Below are positions 1 through 8,998 of a DNA stretch of 64,000 nucleotides, piece after piece. The first letter of the stretch is position 1; each line of letters begins with the position of its first letter. The notes beneath the pieces are model-generated. The model made no database searches, was not told where the DNA came from, and saw only the letters and a program-made list of their open reading frames with translations. This DNA comes from Oligoflexia bacterium (GTDB taxonomy: Bacteria; Bdellovibrionota; Bdellovibrionia; JABDDW01), in NCBI GenBank assembly GCA_043732305.1, contig JAYTHU010000102.1:59750-123749 (forward strand), written 5' to 3'. The position numbers and the translations under genes are program-made.

Positions 1-346
1 TGCCGGAACCCGCCCCTATCAAGGCGTCGGGTGTTCTTTCAGAAACTTCAATTTTTATTTCATCCGGAAAAACTTTCTTCACCTGAACTGATTCAACCCA
101 AGGATCTTTTTCAATTTTCAGAGCGACACTATCCGTTTGAATTTTCCAGAACGTGGAGGATTTTACCTGCGCACCGATAGCTTCATCAGCAACAGTCTTC
201 CTGATTCTTTTTTCCGTTTGCGGATTGGCCCCCTGTATTTCTATTTTTTTGATGCGCGTGAGATCCGATTTAAACAATGCTTGATACAGCCCCATCACCA
301 GAAGCACCACAAATCCCAAACTGAGACTGATCTTAAAATATCTCAA
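1..346 (-). CDS. ftsQ: Cell division protein FtsQ/DivIB (5' part; runs off window edge)
   Basis: Not in the ORF track. Manual translation from TTG at 346 (TTGA overlap with the ddl stop) gives MRYFKISLSLGFVVLLVMGLYQALF (TM), then POTRA-like ...KIEKDPWVESVQVKKVFPDEIKIEVSERTPDALIG. Canonical position after ddl. Confidence 0.88.
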   Translation of the reverse strand, partial: MRYFKISLSLGFVVLLVMGLYQALFKSDLTRIKKIEIQGANPQTEKRIRKTVADEAIGAQVKSSTFWKIQTDSVALKIEKDPWVESVQVKKVFPDEIKIEVSERTPDALIGAGSG

Positions 347-1305
347 GCGTAATCAAGAGTGGCGCTTTCCACTAAAGTCTCTATGATTTTTTCGAAACTG
401 ATTCCCTCTTTGGCTGCAGATTTAGGAAAAAGACTTGTCTCTGTGCAACCGGGCAAAGTGTTGATTTCCAAAATAAACGGCTTGTCATCAGGGGTAATGC
501 GCATGTCCACCCGTGCATACTGTCTGCACCCTACAGCTTTGAAAGTTTCTAGAGCAAAATGCTCACAATCTTTTTTTAATTTTTCAGACAGTGGCGCAGG
601 TACGACATATTCCGTTTCACCAGCAGTGTATTTACGTTTGTAATCATAGAAATCACCTTTTGGTCTGATCTCAATGATGGGCAGTGCTCGGTCAAGCCAA
701 ATAGGAATGGTGACTTCTCGGCCAGGAATATATTTTTCGATAATAATCACACGGTCATATTGAGCAGCAACGGTCAAGCCAGCGGTGATTTCAGATTGAA
801 GTTCGACTGGAGAAAGTTTTTCTTTATTCACAATAGTCACGCCAACGGCGGACCCTTCTTGGGCAGGCTTTATCACCAAAGGAGCTTCAATTTTAGATTT
901 GAAATTTTCTATTAGAGATTTTTTCTCTGCAGAAGTTTTTCCACGCAAATCGAGAACCTGAAAGTCAGGGGTAGGAACACCCCAGTGAGTTAAAATCTGC
1001 TTTGTCGCGATTTTGTTCATCGCTAGCGAAGACGCTTGAACGCCGCTTCCAGTATAAGGAATTTTCATGTATTCCAAGATCCCCTGCACCGTTCCGTCTT
1101 CACCATATTTTCCATGAAGAGCCAAAAGCGCACAATCGATTTTTGAAGCCCTGAGCTGCTCCGGTAAATTCGCGCCTGCGTCTATAACTTCAAAAGGATA
1201 ATCAAGCGTCTTGATCGCCTTTAAAAAAGCGGCACCAGTCTTGAGACTCACTTCTCGCTCGCTGCTCATGCCGCCTTGAATAATTCCAACTCTTTTTTTA
1301 GCCAT
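343..1305 (-). CDS. ddl: D-alanine--D-alanine ligase
   Basis: GGMSSEREVSL, LHGKYGEDG, EGSAVG, FYDYKRKY, EINTLPG motifs. Start placed at MAKKRVG (ATG 1305) after AAGGGG RBS; the ORF track extends to 1332. Confidence 0.96.
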   Translation of the reverse strand: MAKKRVGIIQGGMSSEREVSLKTGAAFLKAIKTLDYPFEVIDAGANLPEQLRASKIDCALLALHGKYGEDGTVQGILEYMKIPYTGSGVQASSLAMNKIATKQILTHWGVPTPDFQVLDLRGKTSAEKKSLIENFKSKIEAPLVIKPAQEGSAVGVTIVNKEKLSPVELQSEITAGLTVAAQYDRVIIIEKYIPGREVTIPIWLDRALPIIEIRPKGDFYDYKRKYTAGETEYVVPAPLSEKLKKDCEHFALETFKAVGCRQYARVDMRITPDDKPFILEINTLPGCTETSLFPKSAAKEGISFEKIIETLVESATLDYA

Positions 1306-1376
1306 ACAATACCCCTTGTGTTTAATCCACAAGGATATCGTATTGATTTTCAGACCCTTTTCAAAGCAAAAAATCA

Positions 1377-1437
1377 GTGCTGGTGAGGCGAGGGTTCAGC
1401 ATCCTTGTGAAGGGAATTTGCGCCGACCTCACCGCAC
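1377..1437. other. Long imperfect hairpin (candidate small structured RNA or REP-like element)
   Basis: GTGC-T-GGTGAGG...CCTCACC-GCAC closing stem; apical TCCTT-GTGA-AGGGA hairpin with a GNRA-type loop on the + strand. Confidence 0.45.
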
Positions 1438-1572
1438 AAAACTTTTGAACTCCATTAAATCTCGTCATTAGCCTTGCTCGAGACAATCAAATTAAACTAG
1501 AGGTGATTAAGTACCCTCGTAGGAATGCGCCACGCAACCAACTTATGGCTGACAGTTCAGAAGAACAGAAGT

Positions 1573-1588
1573 TGGCATAGTGGATGCA
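1573..1588 (+). promoter_or_regulatory. Putative sigma54 (-24/-12) promoter
   Basis: TGGCATAGTGGATGCA = GG-N10-GC, ~50 nt upstream of the ORF at 1641. Confidence 0.65.
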
Positions 1589-1640
1589 ATAGATTTATAT
1601 GTGTCTTTCACCCAATTAACGTTCCTGAAAGGAGCATTTT

Positions 1641-1859
1641 ATGGAAAACAAAAAAAACACACCGATCAATCAAAATCAAAAGGCAGGCGGCCCGGATCAT
1701 CAGCAGAAACAGCAGCCTGATCCTACTGGAAACACAAGATTCAATAACGACACTACAGACAATAAAGAAAAAACCAAAAGCGGAAACTTTTCACGAAATC
1801 CAACTGAAACAAAATCTACTAATAACTTTAAACCAGATGAATTAGACAGAGGAGTTTAG
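1641..1859 (+). CDS. Small hydrophilic, low-complexity (N/Q/T/K-rich) hypothetical protein
   Basis: 72 aa, strong RBS (GAAAGGAG) and upstream sigma54-like motif; convergent with murB, stop codons overlap. Confidence 0.7.
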   Translation: MENKKNTPINQNQKAGGPDHQQKQQPDPTGNTRFNNDTTDNKEKTKSGNFSRNPTETKSTNNFKPDELDRGV

Positions 1860-2812
1860 TTTTCGAATTGCCCAAGGAAAATAACTTCTGTCTTTAATTC
1901 GACGCCAAAGTCTTCCCTCACTTTTCTCTGACAATAGTTGATGAGAAATTTAATATCGGAAGCTTTGGCGTTTATTTTATTAATAATAAAATTCGCATGC
2001 TTTTCAGAAACCTGAGCGCCCCCTTTAATATAGCCTTTTAGCCCGGCCTCCTCGATGAGTCGCCCTGCTGACCGCCCATTAGCGTTAACATCTCCTGTAG
2101 GATTTCTAAATACTGATCCACAACTTGGCCACTCAAGAGGCTGCTTTTGCGTGCGTATCTGGTTCAGTTCTTTAACTTTCGGTAAAATAGTATCACTCGG
2201 TTGGCCACTCCAAGATATTTTCACTCTGGTGATGATTCCTGGCTGCCAGCCTTCGCAATGCCTGTAGGACCATCTAAGATTTGATTTTTCTATAATCTCT
2301 AATGTGCCGTCAGGCCGAAGGATTTCTACAGCCTCAGTGATTGAGCAAAATTCTTGAGGTATTAAATTTTCGGACACGCCGGCGTTCATTATTACGCCTC
2401 CCCCTACTTGCCCCGGAAGTCCCGCAAGAAAACACGCCGGTTGAAGCTTTCTTTTTAGAAAAAGTTTAAGCAATTCGGTTTTAGGAGCTGCAGACGAAAT
2501 CCAAAAAGAAAACGCTGAACTTGTGTTGGTCGAATCATGAGGCAAAATTTCGGATAAGATTTCTGGAAGATTACTCTTCCAAATTTTTGAAAGACTTAAA
2601 ACTAATCCACTGACACCGTCATCACTGATGAGAACATTGGAGCCTCCACCAAGAACCGTGATGGGCAGATTTCTTTCACGCGCCCAATTTTGAGCAACAG
2701 TCAGATCGTCTAAATTTATAGGTTCATAAAAATATTCAGCCAGTCCGCCCACATGCCAACTGGTGTAAGCAGCAAGATTGAAGTTTTTCAGAGGAGAAAT
2801 CGAGTTCATCAT
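1856..2812 (-). CDS. murB: UDP-N-acetylenolpyruvoylglucosamine reductase
   Basis: LGGGSNVL, GLPGQVGGGVIMNAG, QPLEWPSCGSVFRNP, VSEKHANF, LKTEV motifs; follows murC. Confidence 0.96.
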   Translation of the reverse strand: MMNSISPLKNFNLAAYTSWHVGGLAEYFYEPINLDDLTVAQNWARERNLPITVLGGGSNVLISDDGVSGLVLSLSKIWKSNLPEILSEILPHDSTNTSSAFSFWISSAAPKTELLKLFLKRKLQPACFLAGLPGQVGGGVIMNAGVSENLIPQEFCSITEAVEILRPDGTLEIIEKSNLRWSYRHCEGWQPGIITRVKISWSGQPSDTILPKVKELNQIRTQKQPLEWPSCGSVFRNPTGDVNANGRSAGRLIEEAGLKGYIKGGAQVSEKHANFIINKINAKASDIKFLINYCQRKVREDFGVELKTEVIFLGQFEN

Positions 2813-4182
2813 TTGCCAGCTAGAAGTTCTCGACCCAATTTATAAACATCGCCAGCTCCTAAAGTCAGGAAAACGTCTTCAGGTTTTAGTTCTGCTTTTA
2901 AGATCGCCAAAGCTTTTTTGTGTGAACCCCAATATTTAACATTTTTCTTACCTGTTTTTTTCGCCACCGCTCTGGACATTTTCTCAGATGTGAAGCTAGG
3001 AAGTTTCTTTTCTCCAGCGGCGTAAACGTCAAGTAGACCTAAAACATCAGCACCTTTGAAACAAGACTGAAAATCTTTCCAACAAGCTTTGTTTCGTGAA
3101 TAGCGATGCGGCTGAAAAGCGACAACGAGACGTCGGTCAGGAAATAATTCTCTCAGTGCGCTAAGTGTGGCGCGAACTTCCGTCGGGTGATGACCGTAGT
3201 CATCATAAATTTCAACGTGAGTGATTTCACCAATCTTCTGCATCCGGCGGTCGACACCGCTATAATGTCTGATGCCTTCAGCCGCGATTTCAAATCCAAG
3301 TCCAAGTTCCAAGCCCACACCTAAAGCGGCCAGACTATTCAAAACATTATGCCGACCTGGCACGTTCAGAGTCACTTGCCCTAAATGCCTTAGATCAAGA
3401 CTCACATCGAAAGTTTGCTGACCATTTCGACTCGTCAAATTCTCAGCTCGCAACTGAGCGTCCTTACCAAATCCATATAGAAGAGTTCGCTTGGTGGAGT
3501 GCTTAGCCAACTTTCTCACTTGTAAATCTTCGGAGCATAAAATGGCGCAACCATAAAAAGGAACGTGAGAAACGAATTGTTCAAAAGATTTTTTTAAATT
3601 ATCAAAACTTGAATAATGATCCATGTGATCGTGATCGATATTCGTGACAACCGCTAACTCAGGAGAAAGCCTCAAAAAACTCCCATCGCTCTCATCGGCT
3701 TCAGCAAGCAACCACTCTCCTTGGCCAAGGCTTGCAGAACTTTTGATCAAATCAAGTCTTCCGCCAATCACAATTGTGGGGTCAAGCTTTGCATGAATCA
3801 TCATTGTCGCAACCATGCTGGTGGTGGTCGTTTTTCCATGAGTTCCGCCGATAGCAATTCCGCGCTTGAGACTCATCAATTCGGCCAACATTTCTGCACG
3901 TTGAATCACGGGAATTTTTCGGCGACGAGCTTCGATAATTTCGGGATTTTTTGCATTCACGGCTGAGCTATAAACGACCGCATGACAAAGTTTAGGAAGA
4001 TTGCCGGCAGCATGACCCTGAAAGGTGTCCACTCCCATGTGCTTGAGTCTCTCCACTTGAGCGTTAACGCTTTGATCAGAACCCGAAACTGCGCAGCCCA
4101 TGTTCACAAGAACCTCGGCTATGCCGCTCATGCCGATTCCACCAATGCCTACAAAATGTATTTTCGACTTATTTAGTTCCAC
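2809..4182 (-). CDS. murC: UDP-N-acetylmuramate--L-alanine ligase
   Basis: HFVGIGGIGMSG, GTHGKTTT, EADESDGSF, DDYGHHPTE, FQPHRYSR. Confidence 0.97.
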   Translation of the reverse strand: MELNKSKIHFVGIGGIGMSGIAEVLVNMGCAVSGSDQSVNAQVERLKHMGVDTFQGHAAGNLPKLCHAVVYSSAVNAKNPEIIEARRRKIPVIQRAEMLAELMSLKRGIAIGGTHGKTTTTSMVATMMIHAKLDPTIVIGGRLDLIKSSASLGQGEWLLAEADESDGSFLRLSPELAVVTNIDHDHMDHYSSFDNLKKSFEQFVSHVPFYGCAILCSEDLQVRKLAKHSTKRTLLYGFGKDAQLRAENLTSRNGQQTFDVSLDLRHLGQVTLNVPGRHNVLNSLAALGVGLELGLGFEIAAEGIRHYSGVDRRMQKIGEITHVEIYDDYGHHPTEVRATLSALRELFPDRRLVVAFQPHRYSRNKACWKDFQSCFKGADVLGLLDVYAAGEKKLPSFTSEKMSRAVAKKTGKKNVKYWGSHKKALAILKAELKPEDVFLTLGAGDVYKLGRELLAGK

Positions 4183-4298
4183 AGCTTTTTATACCCTCTG
4201 CCGGGGATTTGTCAAAGTTCCCATTTACTTTAAGGTGCCGCTTGGCTAGCTTATTCCACATAAACAAACAGGATCAATAGGCTGAAGAGGGGAATGAA

Positions 4299-4958
4299 GT
4301 GAGAGATTTTTTGACTACGCCTGGCCGCGGTGCTGGATGGATAGAAGTCGTTGTGGGCAGCATGTTCAGCGGCAAGACCGAGGAGCTCATTCGCCGGATT
4401 AAACGCGCAGAGATTGCCAAACTTCGCGTTCAGGTTTTCAAACCTCGCATCGACAATCGATACAGCGCAGAAGAAGTTGCATCACACTCTGACCAGCGCA
4501 CATCTTCTATGGTCATCGATAAAGCACAGGACATTTTAACTCATTTAAATGACAACACTCGCGTGGTCGCCATTGACGAAGGCCAATTTTTCGATACCAC
4601 TCTGGTAGACATCTGCCAGAAACTTGCGGACCGCGGTATGCGCGTGATAGTCGCCGGCTTAGATACTGATTGGCGAGGACTTCCTTTTGAGCCCATGCCT
4701 CAGCTGATGGCGGTGGCCGAAAGTGTTTTGAAATGCAATGCCATTTGCACTGTTTGCAGTGGAGTGGCATCTCGAACCCAAAGATTAGTTTCTTCCACCG
4801 ATCGCGTTGTGGTTGGTGCAGCCGATGTTTATGAAGCTCGATGCCGCGGGTGCTTTGATCCGCATCTTGCTGAAGTGAAACCGACGGTTGTCATAGACAA
4901 AAAAGCATCGCCTAAGTCTACCTCGCAGATTTCTGATATCAGCCTTGAAGGGATTTGA
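4299..4958 (+). CDS. tdk: Thymidine kinase
   Basis: GSMFSGKTEELIRR, IDEGQF, VAGLD, C-terminal CxxC...CRxC zinc site. Confidence 0.96.
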   Translation: MRDFLTTPGRGAGWIEVVVGSMFSGKTEELIRRIKRAEIAKLRVQVFKPRIDNRYSAEEVASHSDQRTSSMVIDKAQDILTHLNDNTRVVAIDEGQFFDTTLVDICQKLADRGMRVIVAGLDTDWRGLPFEPMPQLMAVAESVLKCNAICTVCSGVASRTQRLVSSTDRVVVGAADVYEARCRGCFDPHLAEVKPTVVIDKKASPKSTSQISDISLEGI

Positions 4959-4961
4959 TTT

Positions 4962-5744
4962 ATGATTTCCGAAATCAAACATCATTATGGTGAGAGAGTT
5001 CATGTCATCGATGACAAATGTCTCAGCACTGTATTGACTGAGCTTTGCCTGGAATCCACCAAGCAACCTCTGATCAATGAGTTTGTTTCTAGACTTTATT
5101 CCTCACTGATAGAAAAAGTTTTGGATTCTGAATTTCCCCATATGTCCGTCAATGTCAAAACGAGAATGACCGCGATCCATCCGGACGCCCGACTTTCTTC
5201 GATGATTTTGGATCGCAATCAAAGAACTGTTTGCGTGAACCTAGCTCGCGCAGGAACTTTGCCAAGTCATATTTGCTACACTTTCTTAAATTATGTTCTT
5301 AATCCTGATTTGGTTCGACAAGATCACATCACAGCTGCTCGCAAAACGAATGAAAACAATCAAGTCATCGGAACAAGTCTCGCGGGCTCAAAAATTGGCG
5401 GCGATATTGAAAAATCTATTGTGATATTTCCAGATCCCATGGGAGCCACGGGCGGCACAATTGTTTCTGCGCTCGATTACTACAAGAAAAATGTTGAGGG
5501 CCAAGGGCGCAAGTTCATTGCCATTCATTTGATTGTCACCCCAGAATATCTAAAACGTGTGTTGACCGCTCATCCTGATCTGACAGTTTTTTCTCTCAGA
5601 GTCGATCGCGGATTATCCAGCAGCGAGATTTTGAAAACTGAGCTTGGTAAAAACTGGGACCAAGAGCGCGGTCTCGATGACACACATTATATTGTGCCTG
5701 GTGCCGGTGGCGTTGGTGAACTTTTAAACAATTCATTTGTGTGA
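4962..5744 (+). CDS. upp: Uracil phosphoribosyltransferase-like protein
   Basis: LARAG, DPMGATGGT PRPP loop, YIVPGAG C-terminal motif; follows tdk. Confidence 0.82.
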   Translation: MISEIKHHYGERVHVIDDKCLSTVLTELCLESTKQPLINEFVSRLYSSLIEKVLDSEFPHMSVNVKTRMTAIHPDARLSSMILDRNQRTVCVNLARAGTLPSHICYTFLNYVLNPDLVRQDHITAARKTNENNQVIGTSLAGSKIGGDIEKSIVIFPDPMGATGGTIVSALDYYKKNVEGQGRKFIAIHLIVTPEYLKRVLTAHPDLTVFSLRVDRGLSSSEILKTELGKNWDQERGLDDTHYIVPGAGGVGELLNNSFV

Positions 5745-5752
5745 GGTAGATT

Positions 5753-6127
5753 ATGTCACTTTTAAAATCGCAAGAAGAAACAAAGAAACATATTTCAGAT
5801 CTCGGACAATCGCTGACAAAAGAACTGTTAGCTTCAGCAGGGGCGAAGCATATTCCCCCATTGTTTGTTTGCCTCGGTGACGAGAGCTTCATTTTCTTTT
5901 CTGATCTTATTCGCAAAATAGAAATGGATATCCATTGTGAGTTTATTTTCACCGATGGTTTTAGCGCTGCGGAAAAAGGCGAGATTAAATTTCTAGCCGA
6001 CTTAAAAGATCGGGACGTGATTTACGTGACATCAGAGATGGAGAAAGCCACCGTCATTTTGTCCGAAAAAATTAAAACCGTATCTATCATGAGCGGTGCA
6101 AAATCAGCCAGAGTGATTCACTCTTAA
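5753..6127 (+). CDS. Short degenerate hypoxanthine phosphoribosyltransferase-like protein
   Basis: SFIFFSDLIRKIEMDIHCEFI and LKDRDVIYV resemble the Hpt N-terminal half; no VEDIIDTG loop; only 124 aa. Confidence 0.55.
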   Translation: MSLLKSQEETKKHISDLGQSLTKELLASAGAKHIPPLFVCLGDESFIFFSDLIRKIEMDIHCEFIFTDGFSAAEKGEIKFLADLKDRDVIYVTSEMEKATVILSEKIKTVSIMSGAKSARVIHS

Positions 6128-6151
6128 ATCAAATCTAAATTTGAATTTAGT

Positions 6152-6922
6152 TTAGGAATTCTTTTCGGCGAAAATCTTTTCGATTTCTTTTTGAACAAGA
6201 CCCCGAATATCTAAAGCCGATAATTCAAGAGCGGTTTTCGGAGCTGCTATTAGCGGCGCCACGAATGCCGCTTTGAAGCGTTTTTTCAGGAGTTCTTCTA
6301 CTAAGGTTCGAGGCAGCGCCTTGATGGACCCCAATTGTCTGGCCACTAAATGTGCTTTCGCCACCTGTTCAACCAATTCTAAGCGCAAATAGGTTTGATC
6401 AATGGTCTGACCCACAGTCCATGCGCCATTTCCTGGAGCCACAAATGAATCAGAGTCATTCAGCACTCTGGACAGATCTTTTTCGAATTCACTATTGACA
6501 GCTCCTAGACTTACATCGAGTGGAGAATAAAATTTCAAATTATGTATGGCGGCACCCAAGCTAACAATAGCCTCAGGAATCGCGGGAGTTCCGATTTCAA
6601 CGCCACTCAATCCAAAGCCCATCGCCGTGGCGGGATGGGCGTGAACAACACAAGTCACATCGGGTCTCACTTTATAAACCGCCAAGTGCCAAGCGAACTC
6701 TCCAAAAACTTTGTGCGGCCCATCCAGAACTTTTCCTTCACCGCTCACCAACAACAAATCATCTTCACTGATGTCTTTTTTTGAAAAGGCTGAAGGGGTG
6801 ATCAAAAATTTATCAGTGGAAATTTTAAAGGAAATATTGCCATCATGGTTTGCAACCAATCCCCGGTCCCATAGTCTTCGGGAGGCTTCCACCATTTTTA
6901 CTTTGAGTTCTTCTAATTCCAT
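6152..6922 (-). CDS. Class II aldolase/adducin family protein with C-terminal amphipathic extension
   Basis: DGNIS, ITPS, E..H.AVY..RPD..CVVHAHP, LELVEQVAK; FucA-like fold. Confidence 0.88.
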   Translation of the reverse strand: MELEELKVKMVEASRRLWDRGLVANHDGNISFKISTDKFLITPSAFSKKDISEDDLLLVSGEGKVLDGPHKVFGEFAWHLAVYKVRPDVTCVVHAHPATAMGFGLSGVEIGTPAIPEAIVSLGAAIHNLKFYSPLDVSLGAVNSEFEKDLSRVLNDSDSFVAPGNGAWTVGQTIDQTYLRLELVEQVAKAHLVARQLGSIKALPRTLVEELLKKRFKAAFVAPLIAAPKTALELSALDIRGLVQKEIEKIFAEKNS

Positions 6923-6936
6923 ACTACGCTTTTAAC

Positions 6937-8271
6937 ATGTTCTTATTTAAGGATTCACTCTTTATTTTGATGGCATTTTCATTCTCTGTAGCCGTCGCCC
7001 AAGGTGCGGACCGGCCGGTCTATTGGATCAAAGTCAAAGCGGCAAATCTGCAAACCCGAACGCAAATAGCAAAGCTTGGAGTGGCTATAGAAGATATCAC
7101 CTCCGAATATGTGGTGGTCATCGGAACGGCCAAGGACCTTTCGAAACTCAAAGAAAATAACTTCGAAACTCAATCTTTCGTGCTCGCCGAACCCATAGCT
7201 CCCCCAGCTTCGAAAAACGCGGAGTCACCCGGCCTGCAATTTCATAATTATGCAGCTATATTGAGAGAGTTTGAATTTCTGCGGAATAAATATCACGGCA
7301 TCTTAAACATTTTCTCGATCGGGAAAACAGTTGAAGGTCGCGATATATTCGCTATGGAAATAACAAACCCATCGCCATCTGGCTTGACTAAGCCTGGTGT
7401 CCTTTTTATTGGCACTCATCATTCACGGGAACACATATCCACTGAAACGCCGCTCTTGTTAGCTGAATATTTTCTAAAAAAATATGCGGCTGGCGATATG
7501 AAAATAAGGCATCTGGTGCAAACGCGAGATATTTATTTCATCCCGCTGCTTAATCCTGACGGTGCTGAGTTTGATGTCCAAGGAGTCATTTATAAATTTT
7601 GGAGAAAAAATCGAGCGCGCAACGCTGGTGGAACTTTCGGCGTGGATCTCAATCGCAATTATGATTACGCATGGGGTGGTGATGGCGCGAGTGATGCTCC
7701 TGATTCAGAAGTTTATCAGGGACCGAGTGCCTTCAGTGAACCCGAAACTCGATCCCTGCGAGATTTTATAGAATCCCATCGAAACATTAAAGTGTTGGCG
7801 AGCTATCACACGTACGGATCACTGATTTTGTATCCTTGGAGTGCGGTGGATGCGCCTATCAAAAATGAAAAGGATCTGGCTGTTTTTAAAACCATGGCTC
7901 ATCAGATTGCGATTGATACAGGCTACACAGACGAACAATCAAGTGCCCTGTATCCTTCCAGCGGAGATACATGTGACTGGGCTTACGCGAAATATAATCT
8001 ATTTGCTTTTACTTTCGAACTTGATCCCACCTATGCATGGGCCGGGGGTTTTTATCCCGGCGCAAATAGTATAGAAAAAGTATACGAGAAGAATATCAAG
8101 CCCGCGATTTATCTGACAGAATACGCTGATGATCCTTATCGCGTTGTGACAGCCCAGGCGATGGCGTCTCGCTACGGATTAAGTTCAGAATATTTTTTCC
8201 CTCTCCCTAGCAAAATAAGTCATTTACCAGAGGTGGCTTCGGTGATTTACTTTGGTCATGGCGCGCCTTAA
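6937..8271 (+). CDS. Secreted M14 zinc carboxypeptidase (carboxypeptidase T-like)
   Basis: Signal peptide; HSRE (HxxE), NPDG, WRKNR, GVDLNRNY, FSEPET, YHTY, FTFEL. Confidence 0.9.
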   Translation: MFLFKDSLFILMAFSFSVAVAQGADRPVYWIKVKAANLQTRTQIAKLGVAIEDITSEYVVVIGTAKDLSKLKENNFETQSFVLAEPIAPPASKNAESPGLQFHNYAAILREFEFLRNKYHGILNIFSIGKTVEGRDIFAMEITNPSPSGLTKPGVLFIGTHHSREHISTETPLLLAEYFLKKYAAGDMKIRHLVQTRDIYFIPLLNPDGAEFDVQGVIYKFWRKNRARNAGGTFGVDLNRNYDYAWGGDGASDAPDSEVYQGPSAFSEPETRSLRDFIESHRNIKVLASYHTYGSLILYPWSAVDAPIKNEKDLAVFKTMAHQIAIDTGYTDEQSSALYPSSGDTCDWAYAKYNLFAFTFELDPTYAWAGGFYPGANSIEKVYEKNIKPAIYLTEYADDPYRVVTAQAMASRYGLSSEYFFPLPSKISHLPEVASVIYFGHGAP

Positions 8272-8998
8272 CTTCTACATTAGAGCTATCCTCTGCCTTC
8301 TGTGGTTTCTCATCACCACCATTCTAGCTCTACTTGTCTGTCTGGTTCGATGGCGTGATCACCGCAATGCTTACTTCATGTCACACACTTTCACCGTCGG
8401 TGCAGAAAAACTTCTGGGCTATAAAATAATCATTAAAAATAAAGAACGCTTGAGAGCAAATCAACCCTGCATCTTTATTTGTAATCATCAGAGCAATCTT
8501 GATATTTTAGTGCAGGCCAATGCATTTCCTCAAAACACAGTCTGTATTGGCAAGCGTGAAGTGATTTACATCCCTCTTTTTGGACTGTTGTTTTATCTAT
8601 CTGGAAATATTTTGCTCAATCGTAAACACCATAAAAGTGCAATGGCGCGAATGGGAGTGGCCAAACAGTTTATTTTGGAGAGAAAGCTTTCAGTATACAT
8701 GTTTCCTGAGGGCACCAGAAATCATGGAGCAGCTAAACTTCTGCCATTCAAACGTGGAGCTTTTCACTTGGCTGTGGGAACGCAAGTTCCACTTGTTCCA
8801 GTTGTATCCTCACCAATTCATGAAACTGTCGATGCGAAAAACCGCATCATTCATAAACGAGACATTGTGATTGAAGTTTTGGAGCCTATTTCAACTGTCG
8901 GAAAACATGAAGACGACGTCCCCGCACTTATGGCTGTGGCTAAAGAGAGAATGCAAAAATCTTACGACGGTTTAAAAGCGGTAGTAGGAAAGCCCTAA
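8252..8998 (+). CDS. plsC: 1-acyl-sn-glycerol-3-phosphate acyltransferase
   Basis: NHQSNLD, FPEGTR, PFKRGAF. Confidence 0.92.
   Translation: MVMARLNFYIRAILCLLWFLITTILALLVCLVRWRDHRNAYFMSHTFTVGAEKLLGYKIIIKNKERLRANQPCIFICNHQSNLDILVQANAFPQNTVCIGKREVIYIPLFGLLFYLSGNILLNRKHHKSAMARMGVAKQFILERKLSVYMFPEGTRNHGAAKLLPFKRGAFHLAVGTQVPLVPVVSSPIHETVDAKNRIIHKRDIVIEVLEPISTVGKHEDDVPALMAVAKERMQKSYDGLKAVVGKP

Noticed and set aside
4251..4260. TTATTCCACA, resembling a DnaA box
   Set aside because: Not the TTATCCACA consensus, isolated, and no origin context.
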